Source of the DNA: Narcine bancroftii
Lineage: Eukaryota
Direction of reading: 5' to 3'
Length of the DNA stretch: 64,000 bases
Assembly (NCBI RefSeq): GCF_036971445.1
Contig: NC_091470.1
Location: 96,968,001 to 97,032,000 of the forward strand
Part shown: positions 11,736-24,600 of the stretch, piece by piece
Position numbering within the stretch: the first letter of the stretch is position 1
Layout of the letters: every line of letters starts with the position of its first letter
Translations under genes and position numbers: made by a program
Notes under the pieces: generated by a model
What the model was told of the DNA's origin: nothing
Database searches by the model: none
Seen by the model: the letters and a program-made list of their open reading frames with translations, nothing else

Positions 11736-13439
11736 TAGACTGAGATGTTTGGAGAATGTAGTAGGGTCCTCCTGCTACAAGGAAATTCTAATCAACGTAG
11801 AATTATAAGGGTTGGCAGCTGATCCTCAGAAATAACGATACAGTAGTTGAGGAAGGGAAGGTTGAAATTTGGAACACAGTTGATAGATTTGGCTATTTGA
11901 GATGAGAACAGGAGATCTTTGATCTGGCGTTTGTAATACTCCACCAGAGGCAGGTATAACAATGCTCTGTCAAGGTCTCTCAGTCCTTTTATTTTAAAGG
12001 AAGCGAAGAAGTTATTGCATGAAAAAGATATAGGTGTAGGATTCAGTAAACAGGAAGGGGGCGAAGCAGAGGATCCATCTGACAAGAATATAATTTAAAC
12101 CAGATGTACCAGGATAATCATGATGGTAGATTTTGAGAAAGAGGAGTGCAGTGCAGGTTATAGAGGACATGTCCATGTGTGTAACTGATGCAGCCACTAG
12201 GGTGCATTAGAGTATCTCTCTTGCTCTTTTCCAAATGGTTCTTGCGATTGCATAGTTAAGAACAGAAAATAGATAAGCCCTCAGCAGCACAGGCACCGAC
12301 TGATCTATGAAAAGTGAAAGAGTCATTCTTCGGCTCCATGACCTCTCGTTGTTTTCCATTGAAAACCTCTGCTTTTCATTTCCACATGTTCCCTCTGATA
12401 TTTCTACAACTGGTTTTTTTTTCTGTTTTAATTCTGAATTTCCTCCTTTACACTTTAATAAACAAACTGCTGCTGCTGAGTGAAACGGAGAGAGTTTTAC
12501 CTTGGGGTATTGCCTTTTTCTCATGCTGGTCTGGTTTCGGTCTACAGTTGTGCTCATTTCACAGAATCTTACTTTCCCCAATGGCTTCTTAAAAGATTTT
12601 TCGATCCAGATTCCTGTGACAAATCAATGCTGGAGATTTAATTCTTTAGTGCAGTGGAGACGATCTTTTTGTTCATGTTTCCTTGATCTTCTCGGAGAAC
12701 ATCTCATTAACATTATCAGTAGCTGTATGTGGTATAAAATCTTGATAGGGAATCCGATAGTGAAGAGTTGACCTTGTATGTGTTTACAGGGATTTGAGTG
12801 ACTTTCTTGAAATATACAGAGAGAAAAAAAATTTGTTAACTTGGGTGTTAAATTAAAGTCATAGATTTAAAATAATTGACAAAGATTCCAAATCATAGAT
12901 TAATTTTATTCCCCCAATGTTGTTGGGACATGGAACACAAAATAGATTTAAAATTGGGGAGTTTATTTTGGTATACATAGGTAAAATGTACATAAGCACC
13001 AAAATTTTACTTGTAGCAATCAAATATGTAAGTAAGATATACCAAATACAAATAGTAAAATATTAGGTTGCCACAGTATGTCGAGACAGGAAAGAGGATA
13101 AATATTAACGGATAAATATTAACGGATAAATATTCACAGTTGCAGTTAGTTCAAGTAAATAAAAGTAACATTTAAGCAGTGCAGATAGATCTTTTGATGG
13201 TTTCTGAGTAGTTTACCATTAAGGTTACAGTACTGTAGTAAGGAAGGTTCGAGAGCCTGACCACTGTTGGATAAAAACTGTTCCTGAGCCTTGAGATGTT
13301 GGAACGGGCCTTTGTACCTTCTCTATTCAATATGATCATGGCTGATTCTTTGGAGCTACTCCCACATAGCCCTCCTTTTCTAATCTTTCCAAAATGTATC
13401 TACTTCCTCTTTTATTTAAATTTAATTTAAAAAATTTAA

Positions 13440-13680
13440 TAGTCATACAGCACAGTAACAGGTCCTTTTGGCCCACACATCCATGCTTCCCAATTGACCT
13501 ACAATCCCCGTTTCAATTTGAATGGTGGGAGGAAACCAGAGGCCCCCCCGCCACCTCAACCCCCTCCCTTTCCCTCCACGAGGAAACCCACACAGACACG
13601 AGGAGAATGTAGACAACACGGGATTCATACCCAGTCCCAATCACTGTAACAGCATTGTGCTATCTGCTGCTCTAACTGTG
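13440..13680 (-). mobile_element. V-SINE (HE1-like)
   Basis: 'cagcacagtaacaggtcctttt...ggtgggaggaaaccagag...gaggaaacccacacagacac', shared with many copies. Confidence 0.75.
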
Positions 13681-14349
13681 ATGGCCATTTTCTAATGATA
13701 TAGCCTCTGCAGCCTTCTGTGCTGGAGAATTTGAAATTTGCCATCTTCCTGTTTCTTTTTATATACTGGATAACCTTCAAAAATTTACATTCAATAAGCA
13801 GAATTCATGAATCCAATAAGATTTTGAAACTTGTATATCCTTTTGTATATTTTTATACCTCTGGGTAGAGGATTTGTCTGTCTTAATTACCACTTATTTT
13901 CTCAGTCACTGTTTTAAAATTGAAAAAATAAACTCTCTATTCTAATTTTTAGACTGGTTTTTTAACCTCTAGTATTTTTCGTCCTTTGAGAATGGGTAGA
14001 GTATCTTTATAATGCATCACCCTCGTCTCTCTCTTCCATGAAGTTACATTTCCCTTTGCTAATATTTTTTAAAATCTTGAATGTTGGAGGTTTTCCTTTT
14101 TGTTACTTTGTCAGGTAGAGTTTTTTAAATGACCTGAATAAGTTAATAAAAGTTGATTGATGGGGGCTGACCATTTTATCCTTGAACTGAGTCAAGTCTT
14201 GAGAGGAAGCCCAAGCTTTTCTTTCTGATTTATATTGATGTAATTGCAAAAAAGTACCCCCCAAAAATGTATGCATCAGGAAACACGTAGGAACAGCAAC
14301 TGAATCTCGGGATTACTTGCCTGGCTGTTCACTAGAATAGAAAAGGGCA

Positions 14350-15050
14350 TGGAAATACTTAACAGTGCAGAGAAACAAAGGGACCTTGGGGTCCAAATCC
14401 ATACATCTCTCAAGGTTGATGGGATAATTAAGAAGGCCTATGGGATACTGGGCTTCATTAGTCGAGGGGAGGGGGGAGGGGTGAGAGGTCATGTTGGAAC
14501 TCTATATATCTCTGGTGAGGCCACACTTAGAATATTGTGTTCAGTTCTGGTCACCTCATTATGGGAAGGATGTGGGAGCTATGGAGAGGGTGCAGAGGAT
14601 ATTAGGATATTTACCAGGATGTGGACTGGATTGGAAAATATTAGGCAAGATTAGCAGAGCTCAGGCTTTTCTCTTTGCAATGAAGAGGTGTGAGAGGCAA
14701 CTTGTTAAGAGGTCTACAAGATTCTAAGAGGTATTGATAAGGAGACATCCAGCACCTTTTTCCCAGGGCAAGAATAGCAAGTACCAGAGGGCATCTATAC
14801 AAAGTGAAGGGAGGAAAGTTTTGGGGAGGTCTCAGGGGTAAGTTGTTTTTTTTACACGTGTTGTGGGTGCATGGAATGCCTTGCTGGGGTTGGGGGGGGG
14901 GGGGGAAGGTGGGTGTGGTGGTGGAGGTTGAAACATTAGGAGCCATTTAAGATACTCTTAGACAGACATATTGATGAAAGTAAAATAGAGGGTTATGAGG
15001 TAGGAATGAAGTTTTTTAAAATTGTGGACGTTGGATGACTGGTCTGGGCC
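14350..15050 (+). mobile_element. CR1 LINE 3' portion
   Basis: ORFs contain QRDLGVQIH, KKAYGILGFI and [17 protein letters not shown]. Confidence 0.88.
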
Positions 15051-15524
15051 TTGTGTGGGTGATGAGATTGTATGCCGCATTTACTGCAGCTGTACAAGAG
15101 GTATGCATCAGGTATTTAGCCTTCGGTATTATTTCTTGCAGGTTTTCTTTAGAGTGAGGAAAATCCCTTGGAAATTTAGTTATGGTGCATAGTATCATCT
15201 GCAGTTTATTGAACTAAGATCAAGGCTATCACTGCCAGTAGTGTTACGGAGAACAAATGAAACTCCCTCCCAATACCCAAGAGGATTGTGGAAAGAATCA
15301 ACAATATTAAAGATCTTTTTGTCAAATTTTGATTGTATTTGGGGGTGGGGGGGAGGAGGGAGAGAGAAAATGTATTTTGAACTGTGGAAGGATAAAGAGT
15401 GTGGCATGCAAGTATGCTGGTTTGATTAGGGCAAATGTTTAATGGTGGCACTGATTAACAATGCTTGGATAAGAAATCCATTGCAGCTCAATTACCAAGA
15501 TTTTTTTTATTGGATCTTTTTCAG

Positions 15525-15611
15525 CCTAAGCTTCTTAATAAAGTTGTGGAATGCCTGGAATCAATAAATTTTGTCACCAATACACTTTCAAAAGGAGATG
15601 CCAAATTCATG
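15525..15611 (+). CDS. POLB: DNA polymerase beta, exon 11 (87 nt, phase 0-0)
   Basis: Acceptor cttttttcag-like (ttttcag|), donor |gtaagt. Translates PKLLNKVVECLESINFVTNTLSKGDAKFM (human [29 protein letters not shown]). Confidence 0.96.
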
Positions 15612-17344
15612 GTAAGTAACATTTCTCCATTTGCTGAAATGAGAAAATTGTATTGCAAGTTACTGAAGGCTTTAGGGAGGAGTTTTTACTTCTTTATCTG
15701 CTTTGTTGATGTCATAATTAGAGTAATGGAAACTGATGTCTTTAAATATTTATGGGTGGGTATCTATTTAAAAAAAGCAATATAGTTTTAGGGCCATTGC
15801 CTTTTTAATTATGAAGAACATCGCTTTTATTTCGACATGAATATTACTTCATAGTTGAGAGGATTGCCTGCAGCTCCTCTCTCACAATTCCAGATCATTA
15901 CCCAAGTATGTTTCTGATCTGCAAACCATGTAAGAAGAGGATCAATAGAACAATAAAAGGAAGGTCTCAAAACTTGTGTTGCCAGTAAAATATGAAATGT
16001 ATGGTTTCTATATGATCTTTACTTTATGTAGCAGTGTATTCTGGAGCAGGAGACTGATCCCCAACACAGTTCATGAAGAAACTTGTTTATGTGATCGACC
16101 TCTCATCTTGAGCAGGCCGAGAGAGGTTTTTCACCTTCCACTTTCATATACTAAATATTTTTAATACACATTTAGAGATGAGGTGAGGCATATCCACCAA
16201 ACACATAGATGTTCAGCTCTCATCTCTTGAACAAAAGATAAGAACCTGAGCAATCTCCTCCGATGTCACATTCTCTGCTTGATCTTGAGCTTACGGTCTC
16301 CTGTGCAGGGCAGGTAGCATGTGTGGAAAGAGAATCAGTTAATATTTCAGGTATATGATTATTCATTAGACCTGGAACAAGTTTGTTTTCTCACCAGTGC
16401 AACCAGTGTTTCCTGTGTTTTTTGTTCTTACTTAATGTGAAATTATAGGCTTTCAAATAAAATCCTTTTCTGTTTTATTTTCAATGTTTTGTTTTTCTCC
16501 AATCATATTTCTTTCATCTTTAGAATTTGCTGGCTTTATCTGCAAGTCCAGTTCCACACTTTCCACTTTACTAACATAGGCAGTTTTGCGTTCAAGTTTA
16601 GATGCAGTGGTTGTTATTTGACGAGAGCACGCCGCAGGGTCTTCTGGAATAGTTTAGATGTAGGAAAGTGCAAAGGAACAAAATCCCTGACTGAGTTATG
16701 TGGGAGTACGCATTTGATCCACTAGTTCAACCACAAGGTTGTTTTTTTTTCCTCTGTTTTAAGATTTTAATTGCTAAGGACGATTTAATAATTACTGAGG
16801 GTAACCAATATAGTGGTTGTTTCCAGTTAATGTTTTTAAAATTCCACTTAATGCTCTTACCTAATTTTCAAAATCTCTTTCACAGATCCTTCCTGATAGT
16901 CAGGATTATATAAACCCTTGCATTTACTTGACTAATGAAATTTTTAACACAGCAAACAAGTGAGTGCTCTATTGTAGATATACAGCAAAAATAGTAATCT
17001 GTCTGAATATTCAACCTAATAATGTTTCAATTCATTTGGAAAGCATTAAATTGCATGGATTGAATTGTATCTTTCTGTCTAAGCACCTTGATTAAGTGTT
17101 ACAGCTGCTACTTCCATATCTTCTAAGAAGGTAGAGGTGTTGGTATGCTTTCTTGACTAATCAGCAACCTGGTTGATCTAGATCAGGTCATTGAAAATGT
17201 TGTGAGTGTGCTCCAGGAAAATGGTTAAATTGAGAGTGTCCAAATGAATCTGCCCTGAAACCTACCTGATGGTAATGTTTGTTAATTTTCAGCTTAGGTC
17301 AGTCATGCAATCAGCTTTTGAACTTTGTAGTAGGGTGCTGGAGA

Positions 17345-18355
17345 ACATAGAACACTACAGCACAGCACAGGCCCTTTGGCCCTTGATGTGCTGACCTATA
17401 TATTCCTACCAAAAACAAATAAAGCCTCCCTACCTCATAATCCTCCATTTTTGTTTCATCTGTGTGCCTGTCTAATAAATGCCTTTGATGTTTGAACCTC
17501 CATCTCACCCCTGGCAAGGCATTCATAAATATCTGTGTAAATAAATAAATACAATTTAAAAAAAAAATCCTATCCCTGATGTCTCCCCTAAAATTTCCTC
17601 CCTTCACTTTGTACAAATGTCCTCTTGTGTTTGCTGCTCCTGCCTTGGGAAAAAGGTGCTGACTGTCTACCTTATCTATGCCTCTCAGAATTTTGTAGTC
17701 CTCTATTAAGTCACCTCTCATCTTTCTTCACTCCAAAGAGAAAAGTCCCAGCTTTGCTAACCTTGCCTCATAAAATCTATTTTCCAATCCAGGCAACATC
17801 CTGGTAAATTTCCTCTGAACCCTCTCCATAGCTTCCACATCTTTCTATAATGAGGTACCAGAACGGAACACAATACTCCAAGTGTGGTTTCAACCAGAGA
17901 TTTGTGGAGTTCCAACATGACCTCACGACCATTCTCCTGTCTAATGAAGGCCAACATCCCATAGGCCTTCATGACTATCCTGTTAACGTGCACGCAACCT
18001 TGAGTGATGTATGGATTTGGATCCCAAGATCCCTCTGTTCTTCCACATTAAGTATCTGACCATCAGATACTGTACTCAGCCTTGAGATTTGACCTTCCAA
18101 AATGCTTCACCTCACACTTATTGAACTCCATCTTCCACTTTTCCGCCAAACTCTGCAAACCGTTTATATCCTTTTATAACCTGTGACACCTTTCAGCATT
18201 ATCCACAATTCCTCCAACCTTTGTATCATCAACAGTCCTTATTGACCACTTCTTCCACTTATCTAGGTCATTTATAAAAATCACAAAGAGCAGGGGTCCC
18301 AGTATAGATCCCTGCGGAACTCCACGAGTTACTGACCTCCAGGCAGAATACTTTC
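17345..18355 (-). mobile_element. CR1 LINE 3' portion
   Basis: ORFs contain [34 protein letters not shown] and PHLEYCVPFW; tail 'gaacatagaac'. Confidence 0.88.
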
Positions 18356-18406
18356 TGCTTTCAACAGGCAGTACTTGGGTTGATTCTGCTGTCTAGATGG
18401 AATCTA

Positions 18407-19116
18407 CAGTGCCCTCCATCATGTTTAGGATGAAGACACTTTTTTATGCTCCACAGTTTGAAATTTATAATCAAACAATTCACATGTAATTAATGTCCAC
18501 ATTTCCCGATTTTATTCAAGGTTATTTGTATCCATTTTGTTTTGAACAGGAAGAAATTACAGCACTTTTTATACATAGTCCCCTCATTTCAGGGCACCAT
18601 AGTTTGGGACATTGGGCTTCACAGGGGTTTGTGAATTCTCAGGTATGTTTAATTGCTTCATTGGTGCAGATATAAGAGAGCTGGGGTTGCTTCTAAGCTT
18701 TTGATCACTTTTGCAGTCTATAGTTGCCAGTTTTCAACACAGAATTGTGCCAATAAAAATCAAAATAGCCATTTTTGAGGCTGATAAACAAGAATAAAAC
18801 AGTAGGAGACATCACCCAAACCTTAGGATTACCAAAATCAACGGTTTGAAACATCATTAAGAAGAAAGAGCATACTGGTGATCTCAGTAATCGCAAAGGG
18901 ACTGGTATTCCAAGGATCCTCCCAAACATTATGGTGCCCTGAGGGAACTATGTACAAAAAGTGCTGTAATTTGTTCACGGTCAAACCAAAATGTATACAA
19001 ATAACCTTGAACAAAATCTGAAATGTGCACATTAATTACATGTGAATTGTTTGATGACAAATTTAAAACCATGAAGCACAGGGGCAAATAAAGGAAAAAA
19101 AGTGTGGAGGACTTTG
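18407..19116 (+). mobile_element. Internally deleted Tc1-like DNA transposon with long (~200 bp) inverted repeats
   Basis: Starts TA|CAGTGCCCTCCAT. About 18450-18610 is the reverse complement of about 18920-19080. A degenerate N-terminal transposase remnant (NKTVGDITQTLGLPKSTV.NIIKKKEHTGDLSNRKGTG) lies near 18780-18910. Confidence 0.8.
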
Positions 19117-19850
19117 AACAGCCTTATTTTGGAGTAATTTATCCAGCCATCACAAAATTGTCAAAGAGTAATTTCGCTATAAATTTAGTAAAATTGCCTG
19201 GCTCCTTGGTAAATATGAAAGAGGACCTCTTCATTGCTTGGAATTGACACTTTACAGAACTACAGTCATCATGTACGTGATTGATATGCCCAGGACAACT
19301 TCAGATTTGTTTATTTTATGTGAACATATCCATTTGTTTTCAGGACATCTTGGATTGAAGTCTGACACTATATTTTGAAAACTGTGGTTTACTAAATACA
19401 TTTTATAAGCTCATGTGTGGAGTGGGATCGTGCCACTTGGCTCAACCAGTGCAAGCTCCACTCCAGCAGTTTCTTCAGCTGAATCTGTTGGCTTATTCTC
19501 CATTCCTTTCTTCCTCATGTTTTGTTCAACCTTCCATTAAAGTGTGCCGACCCAAAACATTGACCATTTATACCCATAGATGCTCTGACCTGCTGAATTC
19601 CTCCAACAATTCTTGGTTTGCTCAAGATTCCAACATCTGCATCTTTTATGTTTCTTTCCTTAAGTGGGCCTATACTGTTCATCTCATCATTTCTCCATAA
19701 TGGGAAGTTACACCTTCTCACCATTCTTCAATACTGATTTATTTTGAATTTTCTATTAGATTTTTCAGTCGCTGTCTTATAATGATGGTCTCTGGCTTTG
19801 CTAGTTCCCACATGAAAACATTTTCGCAAGTCCACTCAATCAAAACTTTT

Positions 19851-20674
19851 AATCCTTTAACTGGACATCTAAAATGCAGAAAGCTCCAAAATCTAGCAAG
19901 TGGGGACCGGTGGTTGGGGGAGGTGGCCAGGCAACTGGCGGTTGGGGAGAGGCGGCCGGGTGGCCAAGCGACTGTGGTTGGGGGAGACGGCTGAAGGACC
20001 GGCAGTTGAGGAGGCGACTGGGCGGCCGAGGGACCGGTGGTTGGGTGAGGCAGCCGAGGGACCGATGATTGGGAGAGGCGGCTGATGGACCGCGGTTGGG
20101 GGAGACGGCCAAGGGACCGGCGGTTTGGGGAGGCGGCTGAGGGACCGGCGGTTGGGGGAGGCGGATGGGCGGCCAAGGGACCAGCGGTTGGGGATGGTGG
20201 CCGAGGGACTGGCAGTTGGGGGAGGTAGCCGGGCGGCCAAGGGACCGGCAGTTGGGGGAGACTGCTGGGTGGCCGATGGACCGCGGTTGGGGGAGACTGC
20301 CGGGTGGCTGATGGACCGTGGTTGTGGGAGGTGGCCGAGGGACCGGTGGTTGGGGGAGGCGGCTGAGGGACCGGCGGTTGGGGGAGGTGGCTGAGGGACC
20401 GGCGGTTGGGGGAGGCGGCCGAGGGACCGGCGTTTGGGGGAGGTGGCTGGGCGACCAAAGGACTGGCGGTTGGGGGAGGCGGCCGAGGGACCGGTGGTTG
20501 GGGGAGACTGCCGAGTGGCTGAGGGACCGCAGTTGGGGGAGATGGCCGGGTGACTGGAAGGGGGTGGGGGTGGATACAGCAGCACAATTCGGGTGGGCTT
20601 TCCGAAATCCAGAAAAATCCGAAATTCGGAACACATTGTCCCCCAAGGGTTCCGGATAAAAGATTGTGTACCTA
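19851..20674 (+). mobile_element. Tigger/pogo-like MITE, copy 2 (left TIR truncated), carrying a ~28-bp G-rich minisatellite
   Basis: Same subterminal sequences as copy 1; right TIR 'ggataaaagattgtgtacct'. Confidence 0.85.
19900..20550. repeat. GC-rich minisatellite, consensus about GGGACCGGCGGTTGGGGGAGGCGGCCGA
   Basis: About 20 degenerate tandem units visible; source of the Pro-rich minus-strand ORFs. Confidence 0.9.
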
Positions 20675-21809
20675 TAATTTTGAAGACTTATTTGGTTATC
20701 CTTTAAAAACAAGGGATCCTTAAAACGAGATGAGTTTGAGTTATTGCTAATCAATTTGCAACTCTACAAAGGAATGTAAGAGGATGCACTTTGATTTTCA
20801 TCCAGATCTTTGAAATCAAGTCAGTAATGTTTATCTTAAATTGCTTCCTGTGGGTAAACTGACACCTTCATTTTATCATTTCAGTCCTTGCTATTCTTCT
20901 AAATTTAATGCACCTGATCTGAGGGAGGTTTTGAACTTTTAATCACATGTTTTTCCTCTGCTTTTGAAGTATTCTGACAAGTGTGGTGAGGTTTCTATAG
21001 GAGTGGCAGAACACGGCTGGTTTACACTTCAGAAGTCTGTTCATTGATCTTAGTTTAAGATCATCATAAAAGACCTGTTGTATCTGTTCATCTGCCGCTC
21101 TTGAGGTTTTTGAAAACAAGAGTTAGTTAATTGTACTCCTAAGGAGGTGTGAAGTACATTTTGATAAAAATAACAGAATTAATTTTTGTTGAATTAGTTA
21201 TCCTTCAAGGAGAGATCTTGTTGTCAAAAATATCAAGATATAAATGGAGAGTGGCTTTCTTTCCTGCATTGAATGATATAATTGTGCAGACCACACTCAA
21301 AGGTTGATCTCTGTTGTTCTTGACGTTTCAGCTGAGCACATCAGCCCAAATGTCTGTTAAACTCTGCTGCTTGCACGTGATGGATATCCTTTCACCTATC
21401 TATCTCGAAGCTGATTAAATCCCATTGTTGTGTCTGTTTGCATCAATACTCCAGGCAGCCCATCATACTCGGTGTATAATATATGCCCTGGCACATCTCC
21501 TTGAAACTTCCTCCCCTCATCTTAAACACCTGTCCTCTAGTGTGTGATGTTATTGCCCTCGAAAAAAGATTGTCGACCCTATCAATGGTTGTGATTTTAT
21601 ACACCTCTATCACCTGATGGTGAACCTTGTTCAACAACTGCAGGACATAGAACCTCCAGTAATATGTTGCTGTGGAACGTCATTGCCCTTCAACAATGAC
21701 GGTTCACAGTGAGCCCCGAGAAAATGTGTGCTCACTACAATGCACTAGAAAAATACCATCACTGATTTGTCTATCCTTCAAATGATAACAATGCAGTGAC
21801 CTCTTCCAG

Positions 21810-22170
21810 AACCTCAGATTCAGATTTATTGGTCAGAGTACATATATGACATCACGTGCAACCCTGAGATTCTTTTTCATGCAGGCCAGGCAGAATTATC
21901 ATTTATTGGTAGTGCAAAAAAAAACTGTACTCAATGAACACGTAAACAAATAAAGAAATGTAAGCAAACTGACTGTGCAAATCAGAGAGGAACAAAAATC
22001 AATAAAGTGCAAGAGTCCTTAAACGAGTCCCTGACTGAGTTAATGGTTGAGGGGTCTGATGGTGGAGGGGGAGCAGCTGTTCCTGAACCTGCTGGGGCAA
22101 GTTTGTGGGAGCTACACCTCTTTCCTGAGGACAGCAGCAAGACCAGAGTGTGTGCTGGGTGGGGGGCTAG
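21810..22170 (-). mobile_element. Rex1/Babar-type 3' end
   Basis: Tail 'tcagattcagatttatt' and 'agctgttcctgaacctg' on the + strand; a similar relic lies at about 29700-30030. Confidence 0.6.
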
Positions 22171-22413
22171 TGTGGAGATAAGATTTCCAGCTAAATATCA
22201 GCAGGAGTTTTTTAGAAATACTGGTCATCTTAAATTATTTCCAAGGGTTCATTTAATTTATATATTTTGACAATATTTATAAAGCAACTAAACTTTTTTC
22301 TTATTGCTTTGATCAGTACTCTGCTGGAATTGTAATCTTGAGTTCATTGCCATCTCCATTAGGAGAGACTAGGGCAAAGATTTGACATCTTGGGCTCCTT
22401 GTGTATGAAATAG

Positions 22414-22990
22414 AAACACACAGAAATGTTTGAGAAACTCAGCCAGTCTCGCAGTGTCCATAGGAGGGTAACGATTACATTACCAGCATTTCAGGCCTGA
22501 ACCCTTTTTCATGGTACAGGTATCAGCAAAGAGCAAGAAGACATCAGAATAAAGACTGAATTCTGGCCGGGGGAGGGATCAAGACCCTCAAAAGGTTTTA
22601 ATTGGATACGATAAGAGGAAAGGTGAGAATTGGTTTTGGCTCTATGAAAGGAGACCGGGAAAATGTGGGAGAGAAAGAGAGAGACCAGGCTAGGGGAAAG
22701 GCAATGGGGGAAGAAGGGGGTGGGAGTTTTAAATAGAAGCAGGGGGTCTATGTTAATGCCATCTGGTTGGAGGATGCCCAGACAGAAATGAGGTGACTAC
22801 TCCCCCTCCCACTCTTCAATCTTTATCCTGATACCTTCCTGTTATTTGCTTGTACCTCAAAGAAGAGCTCGGGCTCACAACGTCAGAAATATATCTTTAC
22901 CTTCTATGGACATTGCGAGGCCGGCTGAGCTCCTGCAGCATTTCTGTGTGTTTTTACTACAATTATGGCTTCTGCAGACTTTCATGTCCC
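22414..22990. mobile_element. Short Penelope-derived element with inverted terminal repeats
   Basis: About 22414-22560 is the imperfect reverse complement of about 22815-22955. Confidence 0.7.
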
Positions 22991-23219
22991 AATCAGTATG
23001 AACAAGTGTAAACCATAGCAAGCTATCAATCTTCAAAGACAGTGTGGCTTTCAGCATCTTTCTCTTAATTCTCTTTCTATTAATAAAAGCATTTAATTGT
23101 GGCTTTCCAGTATTTAGCTTTTTATGAGACTTTGTAGATCTTGACAACACATTAAGGAAATAATTCACTGCAATACAGGTATGTTCATAATTTATCAGCT
23201 TGATTTGATAGTCTTCACC

Positions 23220-23640
23220 CTCAACAAACTGCTTAATCAAGAAACTATCAATACACCCAATGATATGGCCTCCACAACTGCCTGTGGTGACAAATTCCAC
23301 AGATTTATCACCCTCTGGCTGAAGAAATCCCTCTGTTCTAAGTGGCCGAACTTCAATCCTCTTGTCATCGACTTTCCCACCATGAGAAACAACCTTTCTA
23401 CTTCTACTCTCTCCACGCCTTTCAACATTCAAAATGTTTCAGTAAGATTCCCCCCTCATTCTCCTAAACATCCACAAGTGCAGGCCAAGAGCTCTCAGAT
23501 ACTCCTCATATGATGCCTTTCATTCCCAGAATCATATTTGTGAACCTCCTTGGACCCCTCTCCCACATCACCACATACTTTCTTAAATGAAGAGCTCAAA
23601 ACTGCTCACAATACTCCAAGTGAGGTTCACAGTGCCTTAT
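23220..23640 (-). mobile_element. CR1 LINE fragment
   Basis: Minus-strand ORF LKGVERVEVERLF...FFSQRVINLWNLSPQAVVEA. Confidence 0.8.
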
Positions 23641-24394
23641 AAAGAAAGCATCAACATCCACAGATGCTGCCTGACCTGTGGTATATTTAAAGGTATTAAA
23701 TAATGTTTGTGAGACCAGATAAATCAGTTTTTGCAATAAAAGATGCATTTTCAGTGGAAAGTCAAAACAAAATCTGGATTTGTAAAAATTAGAGCAGGAT
23801 TTTTTTTGCCTAATGAAATTTAGGATAATTTATGTACATTGCTCTTTTCCAGATTTCTGAGCGACAGATAAAGATTACTTCAAAGCAGAGATATTTATCA
23901 CATGTCTTGACTGGACAATCTTTTGTCTTAAACTCTTGTTACAGTCTATCAAATAAATTACTGTTTTCACAGGACAGATACAGGCCAGAACTTTACGGAA
24001 ACTGTGGTATGATCCAAGCAAGATTCTACACAAGGTTAATCTAAGTTGTCTGCTCTCTCCCCATGTGGTTTGACTGCTTGGGGGAAAAAAATTGTTTATT
24101 AACCCTTAAATTTAAATGAGAGATTCTTTAAACCGTCGCCATGCCCAGGGGCGTGCTGGAACTGCAAGGGGAGATGAGTACCATGACTTTGGGTTTGAAA
24201 GGGAGTGTTCAAGATTTTGAACAGAGCACCCCGCAAAGGCACCGAACCAACTCCTGCTATGCCAGCTTGTCCTTGTGTGGGTCGTGGCGGCCGTCTACCC
24301 TGCAACAGTGTGACATTCTGCCCGGTGGCACTCACACCTGCAGACCCCCCCTTTTGCACCACCAAATTGGATTTAAATTTAAATTAAACTTTAA

Positions 24395-24600
24395 AGTTTG
24401 ACATGCAGTACCATAACAGGCCCTTTCAGCCCATGAACCCATTCCGCCCAATTGACCCTCAACCCTGGTACATTTTGGAAAGTGGAGCCCGCGTGGAAAA
24501 CCCATGCAGACGTGGGGGGAATGTACAAACTCCTTGCAGGCAGCATGGGATTCGAACCCCAATCGCTGGCGCTATAACAGCATTGTGCTAAGCTCTACAC
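24395..24600 (-). mobile_element. V-SINE (HE1-like), interrupted by a hAT element
   Basis: Body matches the other SINE copies; the head continues after 25620 ('taactatgctg'). Confidence 0.75.

Noticed and set aside
13096-13137. Three copies of the 14-bp unit ggataaatattaac
   Set aside because: Short slippage repeat within a degenerate LINE tail; no sign of function.
19739-20754. Proline-rich (extensin/formin-like) ORFs of 247-301 aa
   Set aside because: They are open in all three minus-strand frames because of a GC-rich minisatellite inside a MITE.
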